A DNA stretch of 51,901 bases from Planctomycetia bacterium. Lineage in GTDB: Bacteria; Planctomycetota; GCA-002687715. Below the pieces are notes generated by a model. The model saw only the letters and a program-made list of their open reading frames with translations, was not told the origin of the DNA and did no database searches. Both the position numbers and the translations under genes were made by a program. The DNA is taken from positions 1 to 51,901 of the forward strand of contig SXUL01000011.1 in the NCBI GenBank assembly GCA_005790545.1, written 5' to 3'. Shown one piece after another: positions 1 through 9,235 of this stretch (its first letter is position 1; each line of letters begins with the position of its first letter).

Positions 1-144
1 CGGAGGCCTCGCAGGGGTGACGGCTGTCCTCCCGGATGCAGCGCATGGTACTGGGTGCATGCTGATTTGGGCGCGGGATGGCGCGACCCAGAGCTTGAAC
101 GGCCGGTGGCCCCAAAGAGCGAGGTCAGAATGCCCGGAACGGGG

Positions 145-231
145 TCAGCGCTGCACAGAACAACGGTAGGCAACCCCCACGATGATCGCGGAGACCACCC
201 AGACCACGATCAAGATGTGAAACCAGCTCAT
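145..231 (-). CDS. Small hydrophobic peptide of 28 aa (MSWFHILIVVWVVSAIIVGVAYRCSVQR). Its ATG overlaps the stop of the upstream HEAT-repeat gene (ATGA).
   Basis: Translated by hand from the minus strand. ATG lies at 231-229 and TGA at 147-145. The peptide has a single predicted TM helix and a 4-nt start/stop overlap with the gene at 228-833. The six-frame track omits it because it is shorter than 60 aa. Confidence 0.3.
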   Translation of the reverse strand: MSWFHILIVVWVVSAIIVGVAYRCSVQR

Positions 232-833
232 GGCTGACGCCCGGCCACGGGGGCACCCGCCGTCGTCGCCCGCCACCACTGGCGTACACGTTCGACAGCC
301 GCACCGCGCTCCCCGGCCTGGGCGTCGAAGCGATAGCCAAAATCCGTACCGGCCCGGGCACTGACCGCATCCATGGCCTTCATGCGCATGCGAGCCTCGG
401 AGTGATCGAGCAGGGCGATGAGTACCGGCATGCCGTCGAGGCTTCCGAGTTGCAGAAGCGCAGCCGCAGCCTCGTAGCGCACGCCAGCCTCGGCGTCAGC
501 GAGGCTCTTCGCGACAGCGACGCGCGCCTCTTCACCGCCGATGAAACCGAGAACGTACAGGAGGCCTGCACGCACGTGCGGATCCGGCGACGCGAGGGAT
601 TCGATCACGACAGCGCGCGCACTGCTGCCGCAACTGATGAGCACTTGCAGCGAATGCAGAAGCGGCGCTCCTTGAAGTCGCTGCAGGCCTGCCACGCGGA
701 CGCGGACCTGGCGCTCAAGGCCGAGGTCGACACCACCCGCACTGGCGCCGCGAGGCGCGTCCTCTTCTTGCTCGGTCACGCATCCCGCAAGGACGAGGAT
801 CAAGGACGTCAGCAACAGCTTGTGAACGGTCAT
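228..833 (-). CDS. HEAT-repeat (PBS-lyase-like) lipoprotein. The real start is the internal Met (MTVHKLLLTSLILVLAGC...).
   Basis: Signal peptide with a lipobox-like LAGC. HEAT-like repeats are present (DPHVRAGLLYVLGFIG, EAGVRYEAAAALLQLG). The long N-terminal extension in the track (to 1325) is low-complexity and overlaps the upstream gene. Confidence 0.6.
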   Translation of the reverse strand: MTVHKLLLTSLILVLAGCVTEQEEDAPRGASAGGVDLGLERQVRVRVAGLQRLQGAPLLHSLQVLISCGSSARAVVIESLASPDPHVRAGLLYVLGFIGGEEARVAVAKSLADAEAGVRYEAAAALLQLGSLDGMPVLIALLDHSEARMRMKAMDAVSARAGTDFGYRFDAQAGERGAAVERVRQWWRATTAGAPVAGRQP

Positions 834-858
834 GGCCACTTCCGGACTCCCGTGGGCC

Positions 859-3081
859 TTATCGGGCGCGGAGTGGCCCTCCCCTGAAGTCCTTGCCACC
901 ACGAAAGATGAGTGCGAGAGCGAGGAAGGCACTGGCGCAGAGTGCCCAAGGCCAGGACGCACGGGCCGCCGAGAAGCCGCGCTCCCGCGCGAGTTTCCGA
1001 GGTGGCCATGCCCATTCGAGATGTGCGCGCGAAGGCACTTCCCCCCGCGCGATGGGTGTCCCGTCGGTTGAGAGCACGCTCGCCGGGCCGGCCTTGATGG
1101 CCGCGCGAGAAAAAAATGATCCGTCCGCCGCCGAATACAAGGTGTGCATGCCTCCAGCCGCATCCCGCAGGTGCAGCACATCTGCGCTGTTCGCTGCATC
1201 GAACTCCACACGCAAGCCACCTGCAGTCTGCAGGAAGCGTGCCGTCGGTTCCGCGGCGCGCGCCGCCGCACGCACGAACTTGTGCAGTGCGTCCGCGAAC
1301 TCGCGGCCTGTTCCCGTGGATGCACACGCCAACACCTTGCCCGCTCCGGCCTTCCGCATCGCCAGAATGGCTTCGCCAGCAGGACTCACGCCGAGAATCT
1401 GAGCACCCTCCGCTGCGCGCGTTCCGTTGCTTCCCGTTCCCGTGAAACGCACCGTTGCGAGCCCGCCACCTCCGCCTGTCACGAGCACTGCTTCCTGACG
1501 CCAATGCTCGCGACGCAAGGTGTTGAGCAGGATCTCCGGCACCAGGTCGCCGCAAGCTTCGACCTTTCCTCCGAGCAGGGCGGCGTCCTTCAGCGCATCC
1601 GGGACCGGATCGAGAACGAGTGTGGAGACATCTCCGGCTGCACTGCGCCAACGCGCGCGCAAGGCCTCCGCGGATCGAAGTTCAAGAGCATCTGCGAAGA
1701 CGCAATCACTGAGCAGGATGGTGTGGCGAGCCGTGTCCGCCGACTTCGGCCGCTGTGCCACCCATGCGAGCAGCGGGAGGATGCATGTTCCTCCGGTGGG
1801 TGCGCGCGTTCTCAATTCCTGCATGGCCAGCAGCAACTCCGCCCCCGTGCCTGCTCGCGCTGGCACCGCCTGTTCCACCCGCGCTGCAAACGGAACCACC
1901 TGCACGCGATCCTCCGCGTGCATTTGTCGAGCGAGGGCTTGCACGGCTTCCAGAGCGCGCGTCCAACGGCCAGCCGCGTCCATGCTGCCTGATGCATCGA
2001 GGAGAAGAAGCACTTCACGTGGTCCCGAAGGCCTCGACGAGAGCGGCGAGAGTGCCTCCAGTGGAGAAGCCTCCCAACCACCGGCGGCGAATGAACTCGG
2101 TCCTCCGAGCAGCACCAAACCCGCGCCTTCAACTTCGACGGCGCGGCGGAGCAGCGCGAGCTCTGTTGCCGCGCGGGCGAGGTCCACTCGTCCCACACAG
2201 ATGACCTCGGGATTGTCCGAGAGCGCGCAGCGCTCGGTGAACAGAGACTGCAACGCATCATCCTCATCGAGCACAGCCACGCGCGGCGCGCCCGGGCTTC
2301 GCTCCACCGTGAGTTGCAGAGCTGAGGCGAGGTCATGCCCCGCTGTATCCACGAGCCGAAGTTCCAGCAGCGGCTGGGGGTTCGCGACATGCACCACGAG
2401 ATCGAGCTCGCCTGCCACGAGCGTGCAAGGAAGGTCGACCCCGCCCCCTGTGAGGCGCGCCGTTGCCGGGCCCTGCTGGTCGCAGGCAACGTGCACCGTG
2501 AACTCCGCCGGAACGCCCGCGCGGAGTTGAGGCGGAGCACCTATGAGAAAGAGACGCCAAGGCGCCGAACTGAGGCGCGGCAAGGGTCCATCATGCACGA
2601 AGGCCATGCCCCGCAGGTCTGCGGGCGCCTCGTGACGACCATCGCCATGCAGCACGAGCTCGATACGTTCGTCTTCGCCAGCAAGTCGCCGAGCCAGTGC
2701 AACGGCCTGTGCCGGATCGGTCTCATCGAAGAAGCGCTCGCCGTGGCTGACGAGGTTCGCCAGCAGGGCGGGCTGCGCAAGACTCTTCGGGAATTCCGCG
2801 CTGGATACCGGCGCCACGAGCAGCAGCGCATCATCCGCGAACGCGATCAGCGCCTCACGCGAGGAATGATCGGATTCCGCTGCGTGGCGCATGCGAAGGC
2901 CTTCGAGCAGTTCGGCGGGCACCCCGTGGGAGCGGCTCACATCAAGGAGGTGCACGCGCAGCGTGGCGGCAGGCACCGGGAGCACAAGTTCAAGCACCCC
3001 GGCGCTGGCGGAAAGCAGAGCGAGCAAGATGCAGAGCGTGGCCCAGCGACCGGACCTGAACTCAAAGCGCACGCGTCCCAT
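859..3081 (-). CDS. von Willebrand factor type A (VWA) domain protein with an N-terminal signal/TM segment and a C-terminal TM segment.
   Basis: MIDAS motif LLLLDASGSMD within a VWA-like fold. The N-terminus (MGRVRFEF...LCILLALLSASAG) and the C-terminus (ALCASAFLALALIF) are hydrophobic. A 740 aa continuous ORF. Confidence 0.7.
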   Translation of the reverse strand: MGRVRFEFRSGRWATLCILLALLSASAGVLELVLPVPAATLRVHLLDVSRSHGVPAELLEGLRMRHAAESDHSSREALIAFADDALLLVAPVSSAEFPKSLAQPALLANLVSHGERFFDETDPAQAVALARRLAGEDERIELVLHGDGRHEAPADLRGMAFVHDGPLPRLSSAPWRLFLIGAPPQLRAGVPAEFTVHVACDQQGPATARLTGGGVDLPCTLVAGELDLVVHVANPQPLLELRLVDTAGHDLASALQLTVERSPGAPRVAVLDEDDALQSLFTERCALSDNPEVICVGRVDLARAATELALLRRAVEVEGAGLVLLGGPSSFAAGGWEASPLEALSPLSSRPSGPREVLLLLDASGSMDAAGRWTRALEAVQALARQMHAEDRVQVVPFAARVEQAVPARAGTGAELLLAMQELRTRAPTGGTCILPLLAWVAQRPKSADTARHTILLSDCVFADALELRSAEALRARWRSAAGDVSTLVLDPVPDALKDAALLGGKVEACGDLVPEILLNTLRREHWRQEAVLVTGGGGGLATVRFTGTGSNGTRAAEGAQILGVSPAGEAILAMRKAGAGKVLACASTGTGREFADALHKFVRAAARAAEPTARFLQTAGGLRVEFDAANSADVLHLRDAAGGMHTLYSAADGSFFSRAAIKAGPASVLSTDGTPIARGEVPSRAHLEWAWPPRKLARERGFSAARASWPWALCASAFLALALIFRGGKDFRGGPLRAR

Positions 3082-3115
3082 GCCGCAAGCCTAGCGGCAT
3101 CCCGGACGAAGAGGT

Positions 3116-4234
3116 TCAGACCTCGCCCGCAAACCCGGCCACCGCTGCACCCGAGACCGCGTCGATCACGCCGCCGAGCAGCACTCTGCCGCCGTCGTCA
3201 TAGAACACCGCTGACTGGCCCGGTGTCACGGCATCCACGCTTTCGAGGAACTCCGCCTCCACACCCTCGGCCGTCGCCACCACGCGCACGCGGACCGGCG
3301 TGTGATGTGCGCGCACTTGCAACAGGCCGTCCAGGCCGGCGGCGAGGATTTCTTCTGTCGCTGCCCCGAGCACAAGGCCTTCAACACGACAACGCGTTGC
3401 CGCGAGTGCAGAGCGGGGCCCCACCACAACGCGCTGCAGAGCGGCATCGATGCGAATAACGAAGAGCGGCTCTGCCTGTCCGCTCGGAAGCCCGCGGCGT
3501 TGCCCGATGGTGAAACCCGCAATGCCATCGTGGTGGCCGAGGACACGCCCTGCGAGGTCCGTGATCTCGCCCGTGGCCAACGCTTCGGGCTGACGTTCGC
3601 GGACAATCGCGCGGTAGTCTCCGCCCGGAACAAAACAAATCTCCATGCTCTCGGGTTTGTCCGCCGTGCGCAGACCGAACCTCCGTGCTTCGGCACGCAC
3701 TTCCTCCTTGGTCATTTCTCCCAGTGGGAAGCGCACCCGTTGCAGGGTTGCCAGCCCGAGCGGCCAGAGCACATACGACTGGTCCTTGGCGCGATCGCGC
3801 GCACGCGCGAGCACCTGGTGTCCCTCGTGCACGACGAGCCGCGCATAGTGCCCCGTGGCCACCTTGGCGGCACCGAGATCGCGTGCAAGATCCAGCAGGG
3901 CTCCGAACTTGAAGCTGCGATTGCATTCAATGCAGGGGTTGGGAGTGCGGCCCGCGGCATACGCCGCGGCGAAGTTCTCGATGAGTTCGTCAAAGCGCTG
4001 CGAGAGATCCAGCACATAGAACGGAACGCCGAGGCTCTCGGCCACGCGGCGCGCATCATGCGCATCCTCGACACCGCAACAGCCCTGCTTCGCGCTCTGG
4101 CGCGGAGCATTGATGCCGTTGCCCATGAAGGCCCCGATGACCTCGTGCCCCTGCTCCTGCAACAACGCCGCCGCCACGGAGGAATCCACTCCTCCGCTCA
4201 TGGCCACCAAAACTCGTTCGCGCTCCGCACTCAT
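3116..4234 (-). CDS. mnmA: tRNA-specific 2-thiouridylase MnmA
   Basis: N-terminal PP-loop VLVAMSGGVDSSVAA. The MnmA-typical motifs CIECN and GHYAR are conserved. Length 372 aa. Confidence 0.9.
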   Translation of the reverse strand: MSAERERVLVAMSGGVDSSVAAALLQEQGHEVIGAFMGNGINAPRQSAKQGCCGVEDAHDARRVAESLGVPFYVLDLSQRFDELIENFAAAYAAGRTPNPCIECNRSFKFGALLDLARDLGAAKVATGHYARLVVHEGHQVLARARDRAKDQSYVLWPLGLATLQRVRFPLGEMTKEEVRAEARRFGLRTADKPESMEICFVPGGDYRAIVRERQPEALATGEITDLAGRVLGHHDGIAGFTIGQRRGLPSGQAEPLFVIRIDAALQRVVVGPRSALAATRCRVEGLVLGAATEEILAAGLDGLLQVRAHHTPVRVRVVATAEGVEAEFLESVDAVTPGQSAVFYDDGGRVLLGGVIDAVSGAAVAGFAGEV

Positions 4235-4365
4235 TCCCGCCAGTCTAGCCCGCGGCCATGGCGCTCACCTGAAGGCTCCACAAAGAGAATGGGCCAATAG
4301 ACCCGCTCCGCGTCAAGGCGCCGGCATCCTGTTCTGGGGGCATTGCACGCTATGATCGGCGTGCC

Positions 4366-6228
4366 ATGCGATTCGACAATATGACGTTGTTAGTGACCGG
4401 TGCGGTGTTTTGCGTTTTGAGCTCGGTGGGCACTGCCCAATGGCCGAGCTCGCCTGCAGTGAACTTTCCTCTCGCGAATCTCACAGGCGATCAGCAGGTG
4501 CCGAAGCTCGCGGCGACGCCGGACGGCGGTTCGTACAGCGCCTGGTTCGACAACAGTTCCGGGAACTATGGCGTCAAGCTGCAGAAGCTCGACGTGAACG
4601 GCTTCGAGACGTTCGCTCACAACGGACTCACCGTCAGCGCCAACCCGCAGAGCACATCCCTCGTCGATTGGGATCTCGTCGCCGACTCCGCAGGCAACGC
4701 GGTGCTCTGCTTCACCGACATCCGCGCCGGTGGCGATCTCGATGTCTATGCCTATTGCATCTCGCCCGCGGGTGCTTTCCTGTGGGGTGCGAATGGCGTC
4801 GCGCTCTCGGCCGATGCGCACTTCGAAGCGAATCCCGTCGTGGCCGAGATGACGGACGGCAGCTTCACTTTCGCGTGGTCGCGCAGCCCGAGCGGCATGA
4901 ACTCGCGCCTCGTGGTGCAGCGCCTCGACGCTGCAGGTACGCCGCTCCTCGGCGCGGCGGGCATTGAAGTCCTCGGCGGGACCAACGACGACCCTGGTTT
5001 CGTCGGCATCGTCTCCGCACCCAGTGTGTCGTTCATCCTCTCGTGGATCCGCGATACGACCCCCTTCTCATCGCCCAAGCATCTTTGGACGCAGAAGTTC
5101 GACGCCACGGGAACGCCCCTGTGGGGCGCAGCGCCGGTCATCGTGTATGACGCGGCAGCGCTCCCGATCGCATACAAGCCCGAGTTGATGAGCGACGGGC
5201 AGGGTGGCGCTTGGCACGCCTGGCATGTCAGCGTCGGCAGCTTCTTCCAGGGGCGCGTCCAGCACATTGATGCGCTGGGCACTCAAGTCTTCGCGCACAA
5301 CGGCGTCGAGATCTCTCTCGAAGCCAGCCGCTCGGAATTCAATCCCTCCATGGTGCCCCTCGGTGCCACCGGCGACATCCTCGTCTTCTACAACAAGCGG
5401 AACTCCGCCCAATCGCTGTGGGGCATCGGCGGTCAGCGCATCACGGCCACCGGACAACTAGCGTGGGGAACGAACGGCATCGAGTTCATCCCGACCGATG
5501 CGACCACCGAAGAGGTACCGCGCGCCGTTGCGGCGCCGAACGGTGCCTGCTGCTTCGTCGAACAGGGCAACTACAGCACCACCATTCTCGGGTTCCGCGT
5601 CGATGCCGCGGGAGTGATGACTTGGGGTGCCACGCCGCTCATGCTCTCCGCGACGGTGACACCGAAGGACAAGCTGCGCGCGGTCACATCCACGGCAGGA
5701 TCGGCTGTCCTCGCCTGGGCCGACACGCGCGCGCTCGACTACGACATCTATGCGCAGAACGTCCATCTCGACGGCACACTCGGCATTCCGCCGGCGCTCG
5801 CGACGCCCTACGCACACTGCGTCAATCCGCCGAACACGCTCGTGGCCGCAACACCTCCCTCTCTCGGAACAACCTTCATCGTCGGCGTGGATGACCCTTC
5901 CAATTCCATGCCTGCGGGCTCGCTCTCGCTGCTCGCGGTCGCGCTTCTCGCCGATGCCGCCTATCCCTGCGGCGCCCTCATTCCCAGTAGCGGCATGTCC
6001 GCTCCCGGCTCGAGCGGCGAGCTGGCCGTTGATCTCGGCACGCTGCTGTTCCCGGTTTTCACCGGCGCCCCGTGGACCGGTGCCGGCAATCCCGCTCTCT
6101 TCCCCTTCCCACTTCCCAACGCCAACGGCCTGCTGGGTATGACTCTGCACCTTCAAGGCGCGCTCGCTGACCCCGTGACTGGCCGCTTCGGCCTCACCAA
6201 CGGCCTTCGCGTCCGCTTCGGACCCTGA
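4366..6228 (+). CDS. Secreted repeat protein, probably a beta-propeller, of unknown function.
   Basis: Signal peptide MRFDNMTLLVTGAVFCVLSSVGTAQ. A recurring ...G(T)PLWGA / FxWGANG... motif appears about every 45-60 aa. 620 aa. Confidence 0.55.
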   Translation: MRFDNMTLLVTGAVFCVLSSVGTAQWPSSPAVNFPLANLTGDQQVPKLAATPDGGSYSAWFDNSSGNYGVKLQKLDVNGFETFAHNGLTVSANPQSTSLVDWDLVADSAGNAVLCFTDIRAGGDLDVYAYCISPAGAFLWGANGVALSADAHFEANPVVAEMTDGSFTFAWSRSPSGMNSRLVVQRLDAAGTPLLGAAGIEVLGGTNDDPGFVGIVSAPSVSFILSWIRDTTPFSSPKHLWTQKFDATGTPLWGAAPVIVYDAAALPIAYKPELMSDGQGGAWHAWHVSVGSFFQGRVQHIDALGTQVFAHNGVEISLEASRSEFNPSMVPLGATGDILVFYNKRNSAQSLWGIGGQRITATGQLAWGTNGIEFIPTDATTEEVPRAVAAPNGACCFVEQGNYSTTILGFRVDAAGVMTWGATPLMLSATVTPKDKLRAVTSTAGSAVLAWADTRALDYDIYAQNVHLDGTLGIPPALATPYAHCVNPPNTLVAATPPSLGTTFIVGVDDPSNSMPAGSLSLLAVALLADAAYPCGALIPSSGMSAPGSSGELAVDLGTLLFPVFTGAPWTGAGNPALFPFPLPNANGLLGMTLHLQGALADPVTGRFGLTNGLRVRFGP

Positions 6229-6329
6229 GACGAAACTGCATCATCGATTCCTTGTGCTGCACGACAGCAGATCCCGTCGTGTGACCTCCGTCGCATGAGC
6301 AGCGGCAGCAGAAGCGCCAACGAAGATCG

Positions 6330-8390
6330 TCAGCGGACGAGCGCGCCGAGGAGGTTCGACCAGTCATCGGTCCAGGGCTGGTCGCCCGCGGCAGGCAGCA
6401 GAGGCACGAAGCCCGTGGAGTGGTCGAGCTTCTGAAGATCCTTCGCGCTGCGTGCCGCCACCAGCCACACGCTGGTCCGGCGTCCCTCTGCGAGGGCTGC
6501 GGAATCCGTCACTTCGTCGCGCTGCACAACGGTGACCAGTCCAAGCGACGCGGCCGTCGCGGCGAGCGGCGGACGGAAATCGAAGAAGTTGTTGGAAATG
6601 TGGAACACCATGAGGCCGCCGGGCGCGAGTTTTTCCAGTTCGAGTGCCAAGGCTTCGCGCGTCAAGAGATGGACCGGGATCGCATCCGACGCAAAGGCAT
6701 CAACGACGATCAGGCCAAGGCTTGCATCCGGTTCGCGTGCGAGCATCTGACGGCCGTCACCGATCACGATGCGCAGATCACTGCGCGAGGCGCTGTCCGA
6801 CAGATAGGTGAAGAGGCGCGGATTCTCGGCGATGGCTGCCACTTCGCGATCGATCTCGATGAAGGTGAAGTGCCGCCCCGGCTTGCCGTAGGCCGCCAAC
6901 GCTCCGGTGCCAAGGCCGATGACCAGCACGTGGTCCAAGCGCTGATCATCGTGACAGGCACTGAAGACCTTGCCGATGGGGCCCTTCCGATGGAAGTAGC
7001 CGAGCGGTTCATGGCGTGCGCTCTCGGCCGTGAACTGGAGACCGTGGAGTGTCGTGCCGTGAAAGAGCAGATGCGATTCCCCGGCTGCCGTCTCGCGCAC
7101 ATGGTGAAGGCCGAAGAACGTGCGCTCGGAGTGCAGCAGCTCGCCGGCGTCGTGACTGTCCTTTGCGACGGATGACGCGAGGAGCCCGACCGCTATCAAT
7201 GACAGCGCCGGGACAAGGAAGCGTGCAAGCGAAGGAGACGCCATTGCCTGAACCGCGCGGACGCGCGGCCATGGCTGCAACAGAACCGCCGCACCGAGCA
7301 GCAGCGGGTATTCAATGGGGCGCTCGAAGACCAGCGGTGCTCCCAGTGCGGTGACAGCGCCACCGAGCACGCCGCCGATTGCGGCCAGCAGATAGAACGT
7401 CGTGAGCTGCTCCGGAGCAGGACGCAATCTCGCGAGGCGTGTGTGGCACACCCACGCAGCGACGAAGAAGGCGGCGCAATGCAGACCGATGATCAACGAC
7501 ACCGGATGCCGCAACCTCATCGGTGACGATGCCGCCACGAGAATGACACCGACCGTGAGAGCGACCGCAAGTTTGCGCGGTTCAACCACGAGACGCGGAA
7601 CGAATGCGATGGCGTAGGCGACGAGATACAGGGCCAGCGGCAGAACCCAGAGCAACGGAAGTGCGGCGACCCCGGTGGTCACGTGACTCGTCACGCCAAC
7701 GAGCAACGCCGACGGGACCGCCGCAAGCGTCATGCACAGCAATGCCGTGCGAAGGCTGAGGACCGCGCTGGATCTCTCGCCAGCAACTGTGTGGACGTTC
7801 ACACGCTCTCCGCACCGTGCGGTGGTCCACGCAGCCGCGGACACGAGCAAGGCGAGCGCTCCGTAGCCCGCAGTCCAAGCCCAGCGCTGCACATGGAGCC
7901 CCGCAAAGGGTTCGATCAGCGCCGGATAGGCGAGCAAGCCCGCGAGGCTCCCCGCATTGCTCCACGCATACAGGAAGTAAGGATCCCCTGCGCGTCGATG
8001 GCCACTTTCGGAAAACCACTTCTGGACCAGCGACCCTGTGATGCCCAGCGCGACCGCTGGAAGCCCGAGTGTGGCGAACAACCACTCGAGAAGCGCGAGG
8101 ACTTCATTGCCGGTGTGCTCCTCAAGTGTCGCCGGTTGAAACGGCAGCATGACCACACCCAGCAACAGCAGCGCGACAAGTGTCCAGCGGCTCACACCTC
8201 CGCCGAGCCGTCCCAGCCAATGTGCTGACAGATACCCGAGCAGAACGATCAACTGAAAAAACACGAGACAGACATTCCAGACCCACGGACTTCCTCCGAA
8301 GGTCGGCAGCGCCATCCGGGCCACCATGGGCTGCACGAGAAAAAGGAGCCCGGCTCCCCATGCGAGGCTGGCGACGACGAAGAAGATCAT
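6330..8390 (-). CDS. Fused polytopic membrane (MFS-like) domain plus a C-terminal spermidine-synthase-like (aminopropyltransferase fold) domain.
   Basis: The N-terminal roughly 400 aa contain about 12 hydrophobic helices. The C-terminus carries a SAM-methyltransferase-fold motif (VLVIGLGTGALAAY ... IVVDAFASDAIPVHLLTREALALELEKLAPGGLMVF) typical of SpeE-like proteins. Confidence 0.7.
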   Translation of the reverse strand: MIFFVVASLAWGAGLLFLVQPMVARMALPTFGGSPWVWNVCLVFFQLIVLLGYLSAHWLGRLGGGVSRWTLVALLLLGVVMLPFQPATLEEHTGNEVLALLEWLFATLGLPAVALGITGSLVQKWFSESGHRRAGDPYFLYAWSNAGSLAGLLAYPALIEPFAGLHVQRWAWTAGYGALALLVSAAAWTTARCGERVNVHTVAGERSSAVLSLRTALLCMTLAAVPSALLVGVTSHVTTGVAALPLLWVLPLALYLVAYAIAFVPRLVVEPRKLAVALTVGVILVAASSPMRLRHPVSLIIGLHCAAFFVAAWVCHTRLARLRPAPEQLTTFYLLAAIGGVLGGAVTALGAPLVFERPIEYPLLLGAAVLLQPWPRVRAVQAMASPSLARFLVPALSLIAVGLLASSVAKDSHDAGELLHSERTFFGLHHVRETAAGESHLLFHGTTLHGLQFTAESARHEPLGYFHRKGPIGKVFSACHDDQRLDHVLVIGLGTGALAAYGKPGRHFTFIEIDREVAAIAENPRLFTYLSDSASRSDLRIVIGDGRQMLAREPDASLGLIVVDAFASDAIPVHLLTREALALELEKLAPGGLMVFHISNNFFDFRPPLAATAASLGLVTVVQRDEVTDSAALAEGRRTSVWLVAARSAKDLQKLDHSTGFVPLLPAAGDQPWTDDWSNLLGALVR

Positions 8391-8748
8391 GCGTTCGGAT
8401 CACCCTTCTGGTACTTGCTCAACCCAGCGGTGCAGCCGCGCAGCCCGAACAAAGGCTCCGCTGAGTGCGACGCTCGCTCTTTCCGCATCATAGGCCCGGT
8501 CACTCCCCCCACCTCGCAACCACGGTGCTTGTTGGCCTCGCTGTTGCGTCCGTTTGTCGTGAATGCCCTCGCCGGCCTCGACGCCGCGATCCGCTATCCT
8601 CTTGAAAGCCACGCAGCCCATGTGCGGGTGCGGCGAGGAGCTCAGCCTGATGCAAGACGCCAGCAAGAACTTTCCGGTGCGCTTGGAGGCCACCGCCGCC
8701 TATCTGCGCAGCTTCATGACCCTCATGCTGCTCCTCACTGGGATCTGA

Positions 8749-9102
8749 ATGTTCGGCCTCGGCATCATCGCGGCCATCCTCTACTGGATCTTGAGCGCGA
8801 ACTTTGTGCGTCGTCAGGCAGCGGCTTTCTATTACCGGATTGAAGGCGGCAAGCTCTGCGTTGATTCCGGTGTCTACTTTCTCAAGCGCAAGACCATTCC
8901 GCTGGAGCGCGTCACGGATTTCATGCTGGCACAGGGGCCGCTGCAGCGCCGCTACGGCATCTGGGCTCTCCACGTGCAGACCGCGGGCGGGCAGCAAGCC
9001 GTCGCGGAGGCCGTGTTGATCGGCATCGAGAACCCGGAGCAGGTGCGCGACGAGCTGTTGCGCGCCCGCGACGCCGCCGTAGAGCGCGCTCGCGTCCTGT
9101 GA
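8749..9102 (+). CDS. Bacterial PH domain protein (bPH_2 / YdbS-like, DUF304).
   Basis: One TM helix followed by a motif matching YdbS-family PH domains (FYYRIEGGKLCVDSGVYFLKRKTIPLERVTDFMLAQGPLQRRYGIWALHVQTAGG). Confidence 0.6.
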   Translation: MFGLGIIAAILYWILSANFVRRQAAAFYYRIEGGKLCVDSGVYFLKRKTIPLERVTDFMLAQGPLQRRYGIWALHVQTAGGQQAVAEAVLIGIENPEQVRDELLRARDAAVERARVL

Positions 9103-9235
9103 GCATGAGCTCGCGTTCGCGGGCTGAAGCCAGACACGTGTTGATTCCTTCCGTCACCACAATCCCCCATTCCCAACCGCCTATCCGCGAAGACCTCGCG
9201 CCGGTATGGTGAGGGCTTCCCCCCAAGGATGTTGC

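Noticed and set aside
1144-2540. Several long ORFs (for example 1520..2530 +, 1144..1992 +, 1812..2540 -) covering the VWA gene region.
   Set aside because: They overlap the 740 aa VWA ORF in other frames or on the other strand. They are low-complexity (Ser/Arg/Ala-rich) and have no motifs. These are typical high-GC antisense artefacts.
8563-8748. The 61 aa ORF (MPSPASTPRS...) as an independent gene.
   Set aside because: It has no start context or motif. Only its last roughly 20 codons are of interest, as a possible in-frame upstream TM segment of the bPH_2 gene (see finding).
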